Shown one piece after another: positions 54,448 to 63,171 of a DNA stretch of 64,000 nucleotides (the stretch's first letter is position 1; the number at the start of each line of letters is the position of its first letter). The stretch covers positions 9,196 through 73,195 of the forward strand of contig JAFQFR010000020.1 of the NCBI GenBank assembly GCA_017398595.1. Direction: 5' to 3'. The DNA comes from Clostridia bacterium. Its GTDB lineage: Bacteria; Bacillota; Clostridia; Oscillospirales; CAG-272. Under the pieces are notes generated by a model. That model made no database searches, was not told the DNA's origin, and was given only the letters and a program-made list of their open reading frames with translations. The translations under genes were made by a program, and so were the position numbers.

Positions 54448-55107
54448 TTACAGAACCGCCTGTCCGTTGATCATCAGACCGAAGGTAAGACCGAGCGTTT
54501 GCGCAGCGTTTTTGCACAAGCTCATGCGCGTATGAAAGATCTCGAAAAAGTCCATCACGGAGCCGTAAGCCGTGTCGATCTCGAGTCGCAGCGTGAGCGT
54601 TTTTACCTCGGTATTCAGTTCCAGTTCGGTCGAATGCACCGAATAGTTGACACGGTCGTGAATATCGAAGGAGGAGTGGTCGGTGTTGCGCACGCGGCTG
54701 CGGCGCACATCGCTTTTGTCGGCGATGATCAGCGCGGCGGCAATGGGATTGACCGGCACACCCGTGCCCTCATCGTGGTTGCCGATCGCGCACACAACGC
54801 GCGAAAGATCCAGCGGATCCATGCCCTCTTTGTCGAGGATACGGAACGCCATGATCGCGCCGCTCTGCGAGTGATCGGTACGGTTGACAAGGTTGCCGAT
54901 GTCATGCATGTACCCCGCGATTCTGGTCAGCTCCACGGTATGCTCGTCATACCCCAGTTTTTCCAGCAGATCTCCCGCCGTGGTCGCTACTTTGGTAACA
55001 TGCGCAAAGCTGTGCTCGGTAAAACCGAGCGCGCCGAGCGTGCGGTCTGCCTCTTCGATATACACCCGAATTGCGGGATGATTTTTGATCTGTTCATATG
55101 TGATCAT
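54448..55107 (-). CDS. HD-domain phosphohydrolase
   Basis: 219 aa with H...YMHDIGN and GNHDEG motifs. Confidence 0.75.
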   Translation of the reverse strand: MITYEQIKNHPAIRVYIEEADRTLGALGFTEHSFAHVTKVATTAGDLLEKLGYDEHTVELTRIAGYMHDIGNLVNRTDHSQSGAIMAFRILDKEGMDPLDLSRVVCAIGNHDEGTGVPVNPIAAALIIADKSDVRRSRVRNTDHSSFDIHDRVNYSVHSTELELNTEVKTLTLRLEIDTAYGSVMDFFEIFHTRMSLCKNAAQTLGLTFGLMINGQAVL

Positions 55108-55134
55108 ACAATACCGCCTTTAAAATAAACTTAA

Positions 55135-57234
55135 CTAAAAATCAAATTTTGCGGATCTGTCTTCCAGGCGCAGAGCCGCATCAAAAGGTTTGCCGTTTTT
55201 GGAGATAAACCCTTTGATTTTGGAAGTTTTTCCGTTTTGCACCAACATCAAAATGTTCTGCTTGGAGATCACTCTGCCGCAGATCACGCGATTGACGGTA
55301 AATTTGCAGCCTTCCCTGTATCCGCTGCAGCCGTAACCGAATGTGGTTCGGCGGATCTTGCCGCCGCAGAACGGGCAGTCGCAGATCTCGTCGCCGAGAA
55401 ATCCGTCGTCATAGTCCTCCTCGGGCGGCAGCTGCTTCTTGGCAAACACCTCGCTGATCTCCCGCTCGGCGAGCTTTACGCCGCCGCCGATCGTCATATT
55501 GCCGCGGTAGATCTGTTTGAGCGCCTTGCCCATTTCGGAAGTCTTGTACTTATCCATGGAAATCCCCATCTGCAGCAGCGATTGGATCAGAAACTCGCCG
55601 CCGGGCAGGATGTAGTAGACATCCTTTTTCAGCTCAATATATCCGCTTTTGCGCGCATTGTCGATGATACCCGTGCGCGTCGCCTCGGTGCCGAGCTCCA
55701 GACCTTCAAAGATCGCCTTGTAGTCTTCCTCGTCGCCTTCTTCGCCCTCTTCCTTGGCGGCGGCTTTTTCCTCTTTGAACGGATTCTTCAGATAGTTATT
55801 GAGCGTCTCAATAGTGTAGTGCTTCGGCGGGGTGGTCTCCTTTTCGGCTGGCATGAAGTGGATATTGACCGCATCGCCCTTTTCGAGCGGGGGCAGTACC
55901 TTGTCCTTTTGCGAATAGTCGTCATACTTTGTCCAGCCGGGTTCGAGAATGACCGTGCCTTTGAGCGTGAATTCTTCCAGATCCCCGACCGCGATCTTGA
56001 TCTCGGTCTTTTCGGCTTTGCATTCCTTTGCGCAGAACACCGCGACAAAACGGCGGAACACCGTGGAATATACCTTGTTTTCCGCCTCGCTGAGATCTCC
56101 TTTTTTCGGGATCTTGTAGGTAGGGGTGAGCGCCGAGTGAGACTCGATCTTGGAATCGTCGAAAATCGTTTTCTTAAACTTAAATTCCACGGGATAGCCG
56201 AGCGCGGCGACATTTTCGAGGATCTTTTTCACCTTGCCCTGCTCTGCCGTGGCAAGATACTCGGAGTTGGTACGCGGGTAAGTCAGATACCCGCGCTCGT
56301 ACAGGTTCTGCACGATCTCCAAGCTCTCACCCATCGACATTTTATACTTTTTACCGAGCACGTTTTGCAGTTTGGAAAGCGAATAGAGTTTGCCCGGCAG
56401 AATGGAGTCCTTTTTGCGCTTGACCGCGGTGACAGTCGCGCCCGTTTGATTATACTTTTGACAAAGTGCCTCGGCTTTTGCACGTTCCGCCGCCGAAAAC
56501 TTTGCCTTGCTCGTCAGCTCGACCGCGTATCCCTTTGTCTCCTCGGCACTGCGGGGCGCGTAATACTTCTCGGGCACAAAATGGCGGATCGCCATATCAC
56601 GGTCATAGATCGCCTTGACGATCGGCACGATGACTCTGCCCACGCGGAGCAGCTTGCCCGTCTTGAGCGTCGCATAGCGCGTGAGATTTACACCGTAGAG
56701 CCAGTCGATATAGGTGCGGGCAAAGCCCTCGTTGGCGAGCATCTCATACTCGCTCTCGTCCTTCATCTCTTCCAGTGCCGCACGCACCGTTTCGGCAGTC
56801 TGGTCGGGGAGCCACAGACGCAAAAACGGCTTCTGCCCCTCCAGCGCGTGCATCACGCAAAGGCGCACGATGATCTCACCCTCGCGGTCGGCGTCTCCCG
56901 CGTTGACGATCGCGTCCACGTCGGCACGGTTGCAGAGTGCCTTCAGCGTCTCAAACTGGCGTACCACGCCCGTATCCACCTGCTTGTCCGCTCCGCGGCG
57001 CAGCGTAAAGCGAAACTCCCGCGGAAAGCAAGGGAGATTTTCGATTGTCCAGCGCCCGTCAGCAGGCGGATTGTCCAAATAATCTTCAATATCACAAAGG
57101 GAAAACAAATGGCCGAACGCCCAGCTCACGATGTAGCCGCCGCCTTCAAAATAACCATTGCGCTTTTGCTGTCCCCCGATAGCGGCGGAAATGTTGCGCG
57201 CCAGACTCGGCTTTTCGGCAATGATCAGCTTCAT
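55135..57234 (-). CDS. topB: DNA topoisomerase III
   Basis: 699 aa. Toprim start MKLIIAEKPSLARNISAAIG, active-site context GYLTYPRTNSEYL, and C-terminal zinc-ribbon cysteines CPFCGG...CSGY..GCKF. Confidence 0.9.
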   Translation of the reverse strand: MKLIIAEKPSLARNISAAIGGQQKRNGYFEGGGYIVSWAFGHLFSLCDIEDYLDNPPADGRWTIENLPCFPREFRFTLRRGADKQVDTGVVRQFETLKALCNRADVDAIVNAGDADREGEIIVRLCVMHALEGQKPFLRLWLPDQTAETVRAALEEMKDESEYEMLANEGFARTYIDWLYGVNLTRYATLKTGKLLRVGRVIVPIVKAIYDRDMAIRHFVPEKYYAPRSAEETKGYAVELTSKAKFSAAERAKAEALCQKYNQTGATVTAVKRKKDSILPGKLYSLSKLQNVLGKKYKMSMGESLEIVQNLYERGYLTYPRTNSEYLATAEQGKVKKILENVAALGYPVEFKFKKTIFDDSKIESHSALTPTYKIPKKGDLSEAENKVYSTVFRRFVAVFCAKECKAEKTEIKIAVGDLEEFTLKGTVILEPGWTKYDDYSQKDKVLPPLEKGDAVNIHFMPAEKETTPPKHYTIETLNNYLKNPFKEEKAAAKEEGEEGDEEDYKAIFEGLELGTEATRTGIIDNARKSGYIELKKDVYYILPGGEFLIQSLLQMGISMDKYKTSEMGKALKQIYRGNMTIGGGVKLAEREISEVFAKKQLPPEEDYDDGFLGDEICDCPFCGGKIRRTTFGYGCSGYREGCKFTVNRVICGRVISKQNILMLVQNGKTSKIKGFISKNGKPFDAALRLEDRSAKFDF

Positions 57235-57374
57235 ATTGCTTTCCCTCCTTTACAGTCGTATCAAGAGACATTTTACCATAAATCACAAGGTTATGCAAGC
57301 AAAGACTGAAAAAGTATTTTTCACTACCAAAAAATAATCCGTTTTTAAAATCGGTTTGCATTGCATATAAAAAA

Positions 57375-57416
57375 ATGATATGTTAGACTATAGTAATGAT
57401 ATGTTAAACTGTGGTA
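57375..57416. repeat. Tandem 21-bp direct repeat (2 units, 18/21 identical) abutting the RBS of the 57430 gene
   Basis: ATGATATGTTAgACTaTaGTA followed by ATGATATGTTAaACTgTgGTA. Confidence 0.85.
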
Positions 57417-57429
57417 AAGGAGTATTTTT

Positions 57430-59484
57430 ATGTTCTCTGTACAGTACGAAAATCAAAAATTCACACTCGGCGAAGGCACAAATGCCGTCATTACGCTCTG
57501 CCCCGCCAAGATCGAATGCAACGGTAAAGAAATTACCGGTACGGCAGTTTATGACCTTGAGAAAGGTGAGATCTGCACAAAGATCGCCTCGCTCACGGTG
57601 CGCGATACATATACCAATGCAGGAGACGGACTCTATAAGGTACTCCGCGTGATCGAAAACGGCGGTACGAACACACTCACCTTCCGCGATATTTTCGAGG
57701 TGCAGACGGCGTTTGCGCCCGCGCGCTACCTCATTCCCTGTGTCAACTACAACGGCAACGACGGATGCCGTGAAAATACGCCGACAGGTCTGACACGCGA
57801 CGGCGAGGCGTGGATCTTTGCCTACGACCGCACGGGCATTCCCGCCTGCACGCTCTGCGAGAACAAAAACTTCGGCAGCGCGATCTTCGCCGCCGACGAC
57901 TCGGAAAGCTCGCTGCGCTCCGCCTGCTCGCTCGTGAAAAACGCAAACGGAACCTTTACCCAGCGCATCTATCACCCCGTCGTAGAAGCGCCCTACACCT
58001 ATTCAAGCAAAAACATCCTCACCGAGCGCTATGACGAATACACCACGCTGAAACCCGGCGAAACCTTCACCGCCGCGATGTACGTTTTTGCCTGTGTGCC
58101 CATGTATGAAAACTACGCAGCGGCAAATCTGCTCGACCACGCGGCAGATGTTTTCAGCCTTGCACTCGATCCCTGTCTCACACCGAAGCAAGTCTGGGAT
58201 CTCGGCATTGACTATGCCAAAGCGCTGCTCTACGACTACAAGGGGCACAAAATGATCATCACCCACTTCGCGCCCCGCCTGTTCCGTTCGCAACACGGCG
58301 CGGCGATCACCCCCGAGGAGATGCAGCGCAGACTGCGCGATCCCTATTACACCGAGATCGGACGCTTTGACGAGCGCTTCGAGATGGGCTGGGCAGACCA
58401 GGGACTCCTCAACGCGCGCATGCTCGCCGCCGACGCGATCGAACGCGGCGACAAAGAAATGCTGGATACGGCAATCGGCATTTTCGAATCCTGGGCAGAT
58501 AAGCAGCAGAAAAACGGACTGCTGCGCACTCAGTTCCAGCAGTACTACGAAGCCGAAGCCTACGATTTCGCCAATCCCGATGTCTGCAACTTCGGCTGGG
58601 GCGCAGCAGAAATGTCGAGAATGTACACGATGCTCCGCGAGCACGGCATCGAAAAGCCGAAATTCCGCGACTTCGCCGTCAAGCTCTGTGACTTCTTCTG
58701 CGAGCACTACTCGGATAAATACGGCTTCGGCAAGTCCTGGACGCTCGAGGGCGAATGCGTCATGCCAAACGGATCCATCGGCGGCTTCTTGGCTCTCGGC
58801 ATGCTCGAGACCTACCGCGTAACGAAAGATAAAAAATATCTCGACACCGCGATCAAAGCATGCAACTTCTACTACAACCGCGACCTTGACAAGTTTATCT
58901 GCTCCGCGGGCGCGCTCGACTGCCAAAGCATCGACAAGGAGACTGCGTACCCCTTCATCTATGTATCACTGATCCTCTTTGAGGAAACGGGCGAACAGAT
59001 CTACCTCGACCGCGCAAAGAAAGCGGCATACTACTTCTTCTCCTGGGCATTCCACTACGACGTGCTCTACGGCGAGGACAGCGAGTTCACCCAGTACGGC
59101 TACCACACCAAGGGCGGCACCGCGATCTCGACCGAGCACCACGCCATCGATTCCTGGGGCTCAGCTGCCGTCACACCGTTCTTGCTCCTCGCGCACTACA
59201 CGGGCGATGACCGCTGGGTAAAGCGTGCGCACGCCATGTGGGCAAACGCCATTCAGGGTATCGCATCCGAGGACAATCGCACATTCCACGGGCAGATGCG
59301 CCCCCTCGGCTCGCAAAATGAAGGCTTCTTCCAGTGCCGCTGGACGAAGTACCGCCCCACCTGCGAGGAGCGCGGTCACTACAATGACTGTCTCTGCGCA
59401 TGGTCGGGCGCGTACCGCATGATGACGCTGTATGATCAGAAAGTAAACGAAAAAGTGAAAGATATGTTTTTGGAGAGAAAGTAA
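57430..59484 (+). CDS. Uncharacterised 684-aa cytoplasmic protein, C-terminal half probably an alpha/alpha-toroid (possible glycoside hydrolase or lyase)
   Basis: AAAGGAG RBS and no signal peptide. The C-terminal half is helix-rich with W/Y/H-rich blocks (YYFFSWAFHYDVLYG, STEHHAIDSWGSAAV). The fold call is only an impression. Confidence 0.4.
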   Translation: MFSVQYENQKFTLGEGTNAVITLCPAKIECNGKEITGTAVYDLEKGEICTKIASLTVRDTYTNAGDGLYKVLRVIENGGTNTLTFRDIFEVQTAFAPARYLIPCVNYNGNDGCRENTPTGLTRDGEAWIFAYDRTGIPACTLCENKNFGSAIFAADDSESSLRSACSLVKNANGTFTQRIYHPVVEAPYTYSSKNILTERYDEYTTLKPGETFTAAMYVFACVPMYENYAAANLLDHAADVFSLALDPCLTPKQVWDLGIDYAKALLYDYKGHKMIITHFAPRLFRSQHGAAITPEEMQRRLRDPYYTEIGRFDERFEMGWADQGLLNARMLAADAIERGDKEMLDTAIGIFESWADKQQKNGLLRTQFQQYYEAEAYDFANPDVCNFGWGAAEMSRMYTMLREHGIEKPKFRDFAVKLCDFFCEHYSDKYGFGKSWTLEGECVMPNGSIGGFLALGMLETYRVTKDKKYLDTAIKACNFYYNRDLDKFICSAGALDCQSIDKETAYPFIYVSLILFEETGEQIYLDRAKKAAYYFFSWAFHYDVLYGEDSEFTQYGYHTKGGTAISTEHHAIDSWGSAAVTPFLLLAHYTGDDRWVKRAHAMWANAIQGIASEDNRTFHGQMRPLGSQNEGFFQCRWTKYRPTCEERGHYNDCLCAWSGAYRMMTLYDQKVNEKVKDMFLERK

Positions 59485-59497
59485 ATGGCATCGAAAG

Positions 59498-59676
59498 TCC
59501 CTCATCCGTCACCTTACGGTGACAGCTTCCCCCAGTTTAATATGTACATAGCCATAACAAAATCTATTGGGGAAGCCTGTTTGCAGCACCATTCAAGCCT
59601 TCCCCAAAGCACTATGCTATGGCTGCAAAGATAGAAGAACGGGGGAAGGTGTCGCCGGACGGCGACGGATGAGGGA
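59498..59676. repeat. 179-nt nested palindrome / structured element (35-bp imperfect terminal inverted repeats)
   Basis: Stems are ccctcatccgtc/gacggatgaggg, cttccccc/gggggaag, agccata/tatggct and ttggggaag/cttccccaa. There are also two arm hairpins, gtcacc-ttac-ggtgac and gtcgcc-ggac-ggcgac. Confidence 0.8.
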
Positions 59677-59709
59677 ATCAATTATTGCAATATTTTTTGT
59701 CATAAGGTG

Positions 59710-59738
59710 TTGACAAAGCGGCAAAGATGTATTACAAT
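59710..59738 (+). promoter_or_regulatory. Sigma-A promoter of the lysine-biosynthesis operon
   Basis: Consensus TTGACA (59710-59715), a 17-nt spacer, then TACAAT (59733-59738). Confidence 0.7.
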
Positions 59739-59744
59739 CACTAC

Positions 59745-59915
59745 AAATGGTAGAGGCGCGTTGTGTCGGGAGTAGCCATGATGTCAAAGATTTTGCAGAT
59801 CGTTGTCATGGTAAAAGAGGCAGACGCCGAAGGCGGCAAAGCAAATTGCCGTTCTGGTCGTACATAATAAGATGTGTATGACTGTCGCTTGTAAAAGCGG
59901 AGGGCTATCGGTTAA
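59745..59915 (+). promoter_or_regulatory. Lysine riboswitch (L-box) aptamer
   Basis: Conserved L-box strings in order: GTAGAGGCGC, GGGAGTAG, GCCGAAGG, CTGGTC, GACTGTC, GGAGGGCTATC. Lies upstream of dapA-dapB-lysA. Confidence 0.85.
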
Positions 59916-59953
59916 TAGATTTGGAAAATTTTTTAAGCCAAAATATATTTACC

Positions 59954-59988
59954 AAACAGCCGATCCGCAGGATCGGCTGTTTTTTCTA
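59954..59988 (+). terminator. Riboswitch expression-platform terminator
   Basis: aacagccgatcc-gca-ggatcggctgtt followed by tttttt, 20 nt before the dapA ATG. Confidence 0.8.
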
Positions 59989-60006
59989 CCATAGAAAGGA
60001 TAAACT

Positions 60007-60894
60007 ATGAAAAAGACTGTATTCAAGGGCGTTGCAACCGCGCTCATCACTCCCCTTACCGAAAACGGGATCGATTTTGATGCATTCGGCAAGCTGATCG
60101 ACTGGCAGATCGACGAGGGCATCAACGCGCTGGTCGTCTGCGGCACCACGGGCGAGGCATCCACCCTCACCGATGAGGAGCACCGCGCGGCAATTTCCTT
60201 TGCCGTTAAGCGTGCTGCAGGACGTGTGCCGATCATCGCGGGCACGGGTTCCAACGACACCGCATATGCGCTCGAACTGACGCACCACGCGTGCGAAGCG
60301 GGCGCTGACGCTATCCTCGTTGCCACCCCCTACTACAACAAGGCAACCCAAAAGGGACTCATTCAAATGTACACGGCGATCGCCGACGCCAGCACCGTGC
60401 CGGTCATCCTCTACAATGTTCCCTCCCGCACGGGCGTAAACATTGAGCCTACCACTTATCAGGCACTCGCCGAGCATCCCAATATCGTTGCGATCAAGGA
60501 AGCCAACGGAAATATCTCGAAAATTGTCGAAACCATGTCGCTCGTACATGACAAGCTCGACCTGTATTCGGGCAACGACGATCAGATCGTGCCTCTCATG
60601 TCGCTCGGCGGCATCGGCGTGATCTCGGTCATCTCCAATCTTCTGCCTAAGGAGACCGTCGAGCTTACCGACCGCTTCTTTGCAGGCGACATCAAGGGCG
60701 CCGCAGAGCTGCAATACAAGTATCACTACCTGATCGACGCGCTGTTCAGCGAAGTCAACCCCATTCCCGTGAAGGCGGCAATGGCAGCTATGGGCTTCTG
60801 CGAAGACTACCTGCGCCTGCCCCTTACGCCGATGGAAGAAAAGACCAAGGCTGTCCTGCTGCAGGCAATGCGCGACGTCGGAATCGAGGTTTAA
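60007..60894 (+). CDS. dapA: 4-hydroxy-tetrahydrodipicolinate synthase
   Basis: 295 aa with VALITPLTENGIDFDAFGKLIDWQIDEGINALVVCGTTGEASTLT and IVAIKEANGN (active-site Lys). Confidence 0.95.
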   Translation: MKKTVFKGVATALITPLTENGIDFDAFGKLIDWQIDEGINALVVCGTTGEASTLTDEEHRAAISFAVKRAAGRVPIIAGTGSNDTAYALELTHHACEAGADAILVATPYYNKATQKGLIQMYTAIADASTVPVILYNVPSRTGVNIEPTTYQALAEHPNIVAIKEANGNISKIVETMSLVHDKLDLYSGNDDQIVPLMSLGGIGVISVISNLLPKETVELTDRFFAGDIKGAAELQYKYHYLIDALFSEVNPIPVKAAMAAMGFCEDYLRLPLTPMEEKTKAVLLQAMRDVGIEV

Positions 60895-60897
60895 GCC

Positions 60898-61638
60898 ATG
60901 AAGATCATACTCAACGGTGCCTGCGGCAAAATGGGCAAGACGATCCTCGCCTGCATGGAAAAGGACGCGGATATGACGCTTGCCGCGGCAGTCGATCCTT
61001 TCTTTACCGAAACCGACGAAACCCATCTGCGCGCTCTGCCCGATACGGACATCGGTGCGGATGTCATCATTGACTTTTCGCATCACACCTCTACGGGTGC
61101 GGTCGCGGACTACGCCGAAAAATTCGGCATCCCCGTTGTGCTCTGTACCACGGGACAGACCGAGGAGGAGCTTGCACGCGTGCATGCGCTTGCGGCGAAA
61201 GTCCCCGTGTTCTTCTCGGCAAATATGTCGATGGGCATTGCCCTTTTGGTCGAGCTTGCAAAGAAGAGCGCAGCAGTGCTCCCGAATGCGGACATCGAGA
61301 TCATCGAGAAGCACCATTCGGCAAAATTGGATGCCCCCAGCGGCACGGCGCTGATGATCGCACAGGCGATCAAGTCGGTGCGCGAAAGTCTCACCATGAT
61401 GCTCGGCAGAAGCGGCCGACGCGCCCGTGAGAAGAACGAGATCGGCATCCATGCCGTTCGCGCGGGCAGCATCGTCGGCGAGCATGAGGTCATTCTCGCG
61501 ACAGAAAACGAGATCATCACCATCGGTCACGCGGCGCAGAGCCGCAGCGTATTTGCAGACGGCGCCATCGCCGCGGCAAAGTGGCTGATCGGTAAAGACG
61601 CAGGCTGTTACACCATGCAGGATATGATTTCCAAGTAA
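60898..61638 (+). CDS. dapB: 4-hydroxy-tetrahydrodipicolinate reductase
   Basis: 246 aa with the IIEKHHSAKLDAPSGTAL signature. Confidence 0.93.
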   Translation: MKIILNGACGKMGKTILACMEKDADMTLAAAVDPFFTETDETHLRALPDTDIGADVIIDFSHHTSTGAVADYAEKFGIPVVLCTTGQTEEELARVHALAAKVPVFFSANMSMGIALLVELAKKSAAVLPNADIEIIEKHHSAKLDAPSGTALMIAQAIKSVRESLTMMLGRSGRRAREKNEIGIHAVRAGSIVGEHEVILATENEIITIGHAAQSRSVFADGAIAAAKWLIGKDAGCYTMQDMISK

Positions 61639-61657
61639 GGAAGAAAAGGTACAAACA

Positions 61658-62953
61658 ATGATTTACTCCAATCTCTCGGTCAACGAGGCAGGACATCTCA
61701 CCATCGCAGGTCTGGATGCCGTCGCCCTCACAGAAGAATACGGCTCCCCGCTGATGGTGCTCGACGAAGGTCGCGTGCGCGAGCACTGCCGCACCTATGT
61801 GGAAAGCATGCAAAAATATCTCCCCGCAGGCTCCATGCCCCTCTACGCGGGCAAGGCATTCTGCTTTAAAGGACTGTACAAGATCATCGAAAGTGAAGGC
61901 ATGGGCGCGGACGTTGTCTCCCCCGGTGAGGTATACACCGTCTCGGCTGCAGGCTTCCCTATGGAGCATGTATATTTCCACGGAAATAATAAGACCGACG
62001 AGGACATCGCCCTCGCCATCGAAAAAAAACTCGGTTGCTTTGTCGCCGACAACCGCGACGAGCTGTGCAGCATTGACCGCATCGCACGCGAAAACGGCAT
62101 TACCCAGCGCGTGCTGCTCCGCCTCACCCCCGGTATCGACCCGCACACGCATGCCAAGATCAGCACGGGCAAGGTAGATTCCAAGTTCGGCACGGCGATC
62201 GAAACCGGACAAGCCATGGAGCTTGTCGAATTTGCGCTGTCGCTCAAAAATATCGATCTGGAAGGCTTTCATTGCCACATCGGTTCGCAGATCTTTGATT
62301 CTTCGCCCTTCTGCGATGCGGCGGACATCATGTTGCAGTTCATCGCCGATGTCAAGGCAAAGTTCGGTTACGCTGTCAAGGTGCTCAACCTCGGCGGCGG
62401 CTACGGCGTTCGCTATGTCGAGTCACACCCCGAGATCGACATTGCCGATAATATTCGTCAGCTCGGCGAGCATATCGACGCAGACTGCAAAAAACTCGGC
62501 ATCACACCCCCGCAGATCCGTCTCGAGCCCGGCCGCAGCATCGTTGCCGACTGCTGCACTACCCTTTACAAGATCGGCAGCGTCAAGACCATCACGGGCT
62601 ACAAGAGCTATGTTTCGATCGACGGCGGCATGACCGATAACCCGCGTTATGCCCTCTACGGCTCGGAATACACCGTGCTCAACGCTTCGCGCGCAAACGA
62701 GAAAGCTGACTTCGTCTGCACCGTCGCAGGACGCTGCTGCGAAAGCGGCGACCTTATCCAAGAGGATGTGGCGATCGCCAACCCCAAACGCGGCGATATT
62801 CTCGCGGTGCTCTGCACGGGTGCCTATAACTACTCGATGGCATCCAACTATAACCGCATCTGCCGCCCTGCAGTCGTCATCGTCAAAGACGGAAAAACAC
62901 GCCTCGGCATCCGCAGAGAGACGTTTGAAGATCTGATTAGAAACGATATGTAA
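61658..62953 (+). CDS. lysA: Diaminopimelate decarboxylase
   Basis: 431 aa with YAGKAF (PLP Lys), HCHIGSQI, LNLGGGYG, EPGRSIVA and CESGD. Confidence 0.95.
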   Translation: MIYSNLSVNEAGHLTIAGLDAVALTEEYGSPLMVLDEGRVREHCRTYVESMQKYLPAGSMPLYAGKAFCFKGLYKIIESEGMGADVVSPGEVYTVSAAGFPMEHVYFHGNNKTDEDIALAIEKKLGCFVADNRDELCSIDRIARENGITQRVLLRLTPGIDPHTHAKISTGKVDSKFGTAIETGQAMELVEFALSLKNIDLEGFHCHIGSQIFDSSPFCDAADIMLQFIADVKAKFGYAVKVLNLGGGYGVRYVESHPEIDIADNIRQLGEHIDADCKKLGITPPQIRLEPGRSIVADCCTTLYKIGSVKTITGYKSYVSIDGGMTDNPRYALYGSEYTVLNASRANEKADFVCTVAGRCCESGDLIQEDVAIANPKRGDILAVLCTGAYNYSMASNYNRICRPAVVIVKDGKTRLGIRRETFEDLIRNDM

Positions 62954-62956
62954 AAA

Positions 62957-62993
62957 CAAAAGGCTTCTCATCGAGAAGCCTTTTGTTTTTGTT
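62957..62993 (+). terminator. lysA terminator
   Basis: aaaaggcttctc-atcg-agaagcctttt followed by gtttttgttt. Confidence 0.8.
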
Positions 62994-63171
62994 TGCTTAT
63001 CTTTCCAATACCGTTCAATACATAAAAAGCAGCCGACAGTGTCCCATATACTCTGTCGGCTGTTCTTCTTTACATATATATTATACCACAAAATTCCTAA
63101 AAAATCAAGACTTGTTCTGATGCATCGGTTTTGCTATAATCCTACTTACACACATACAAGGGGGACACAAT

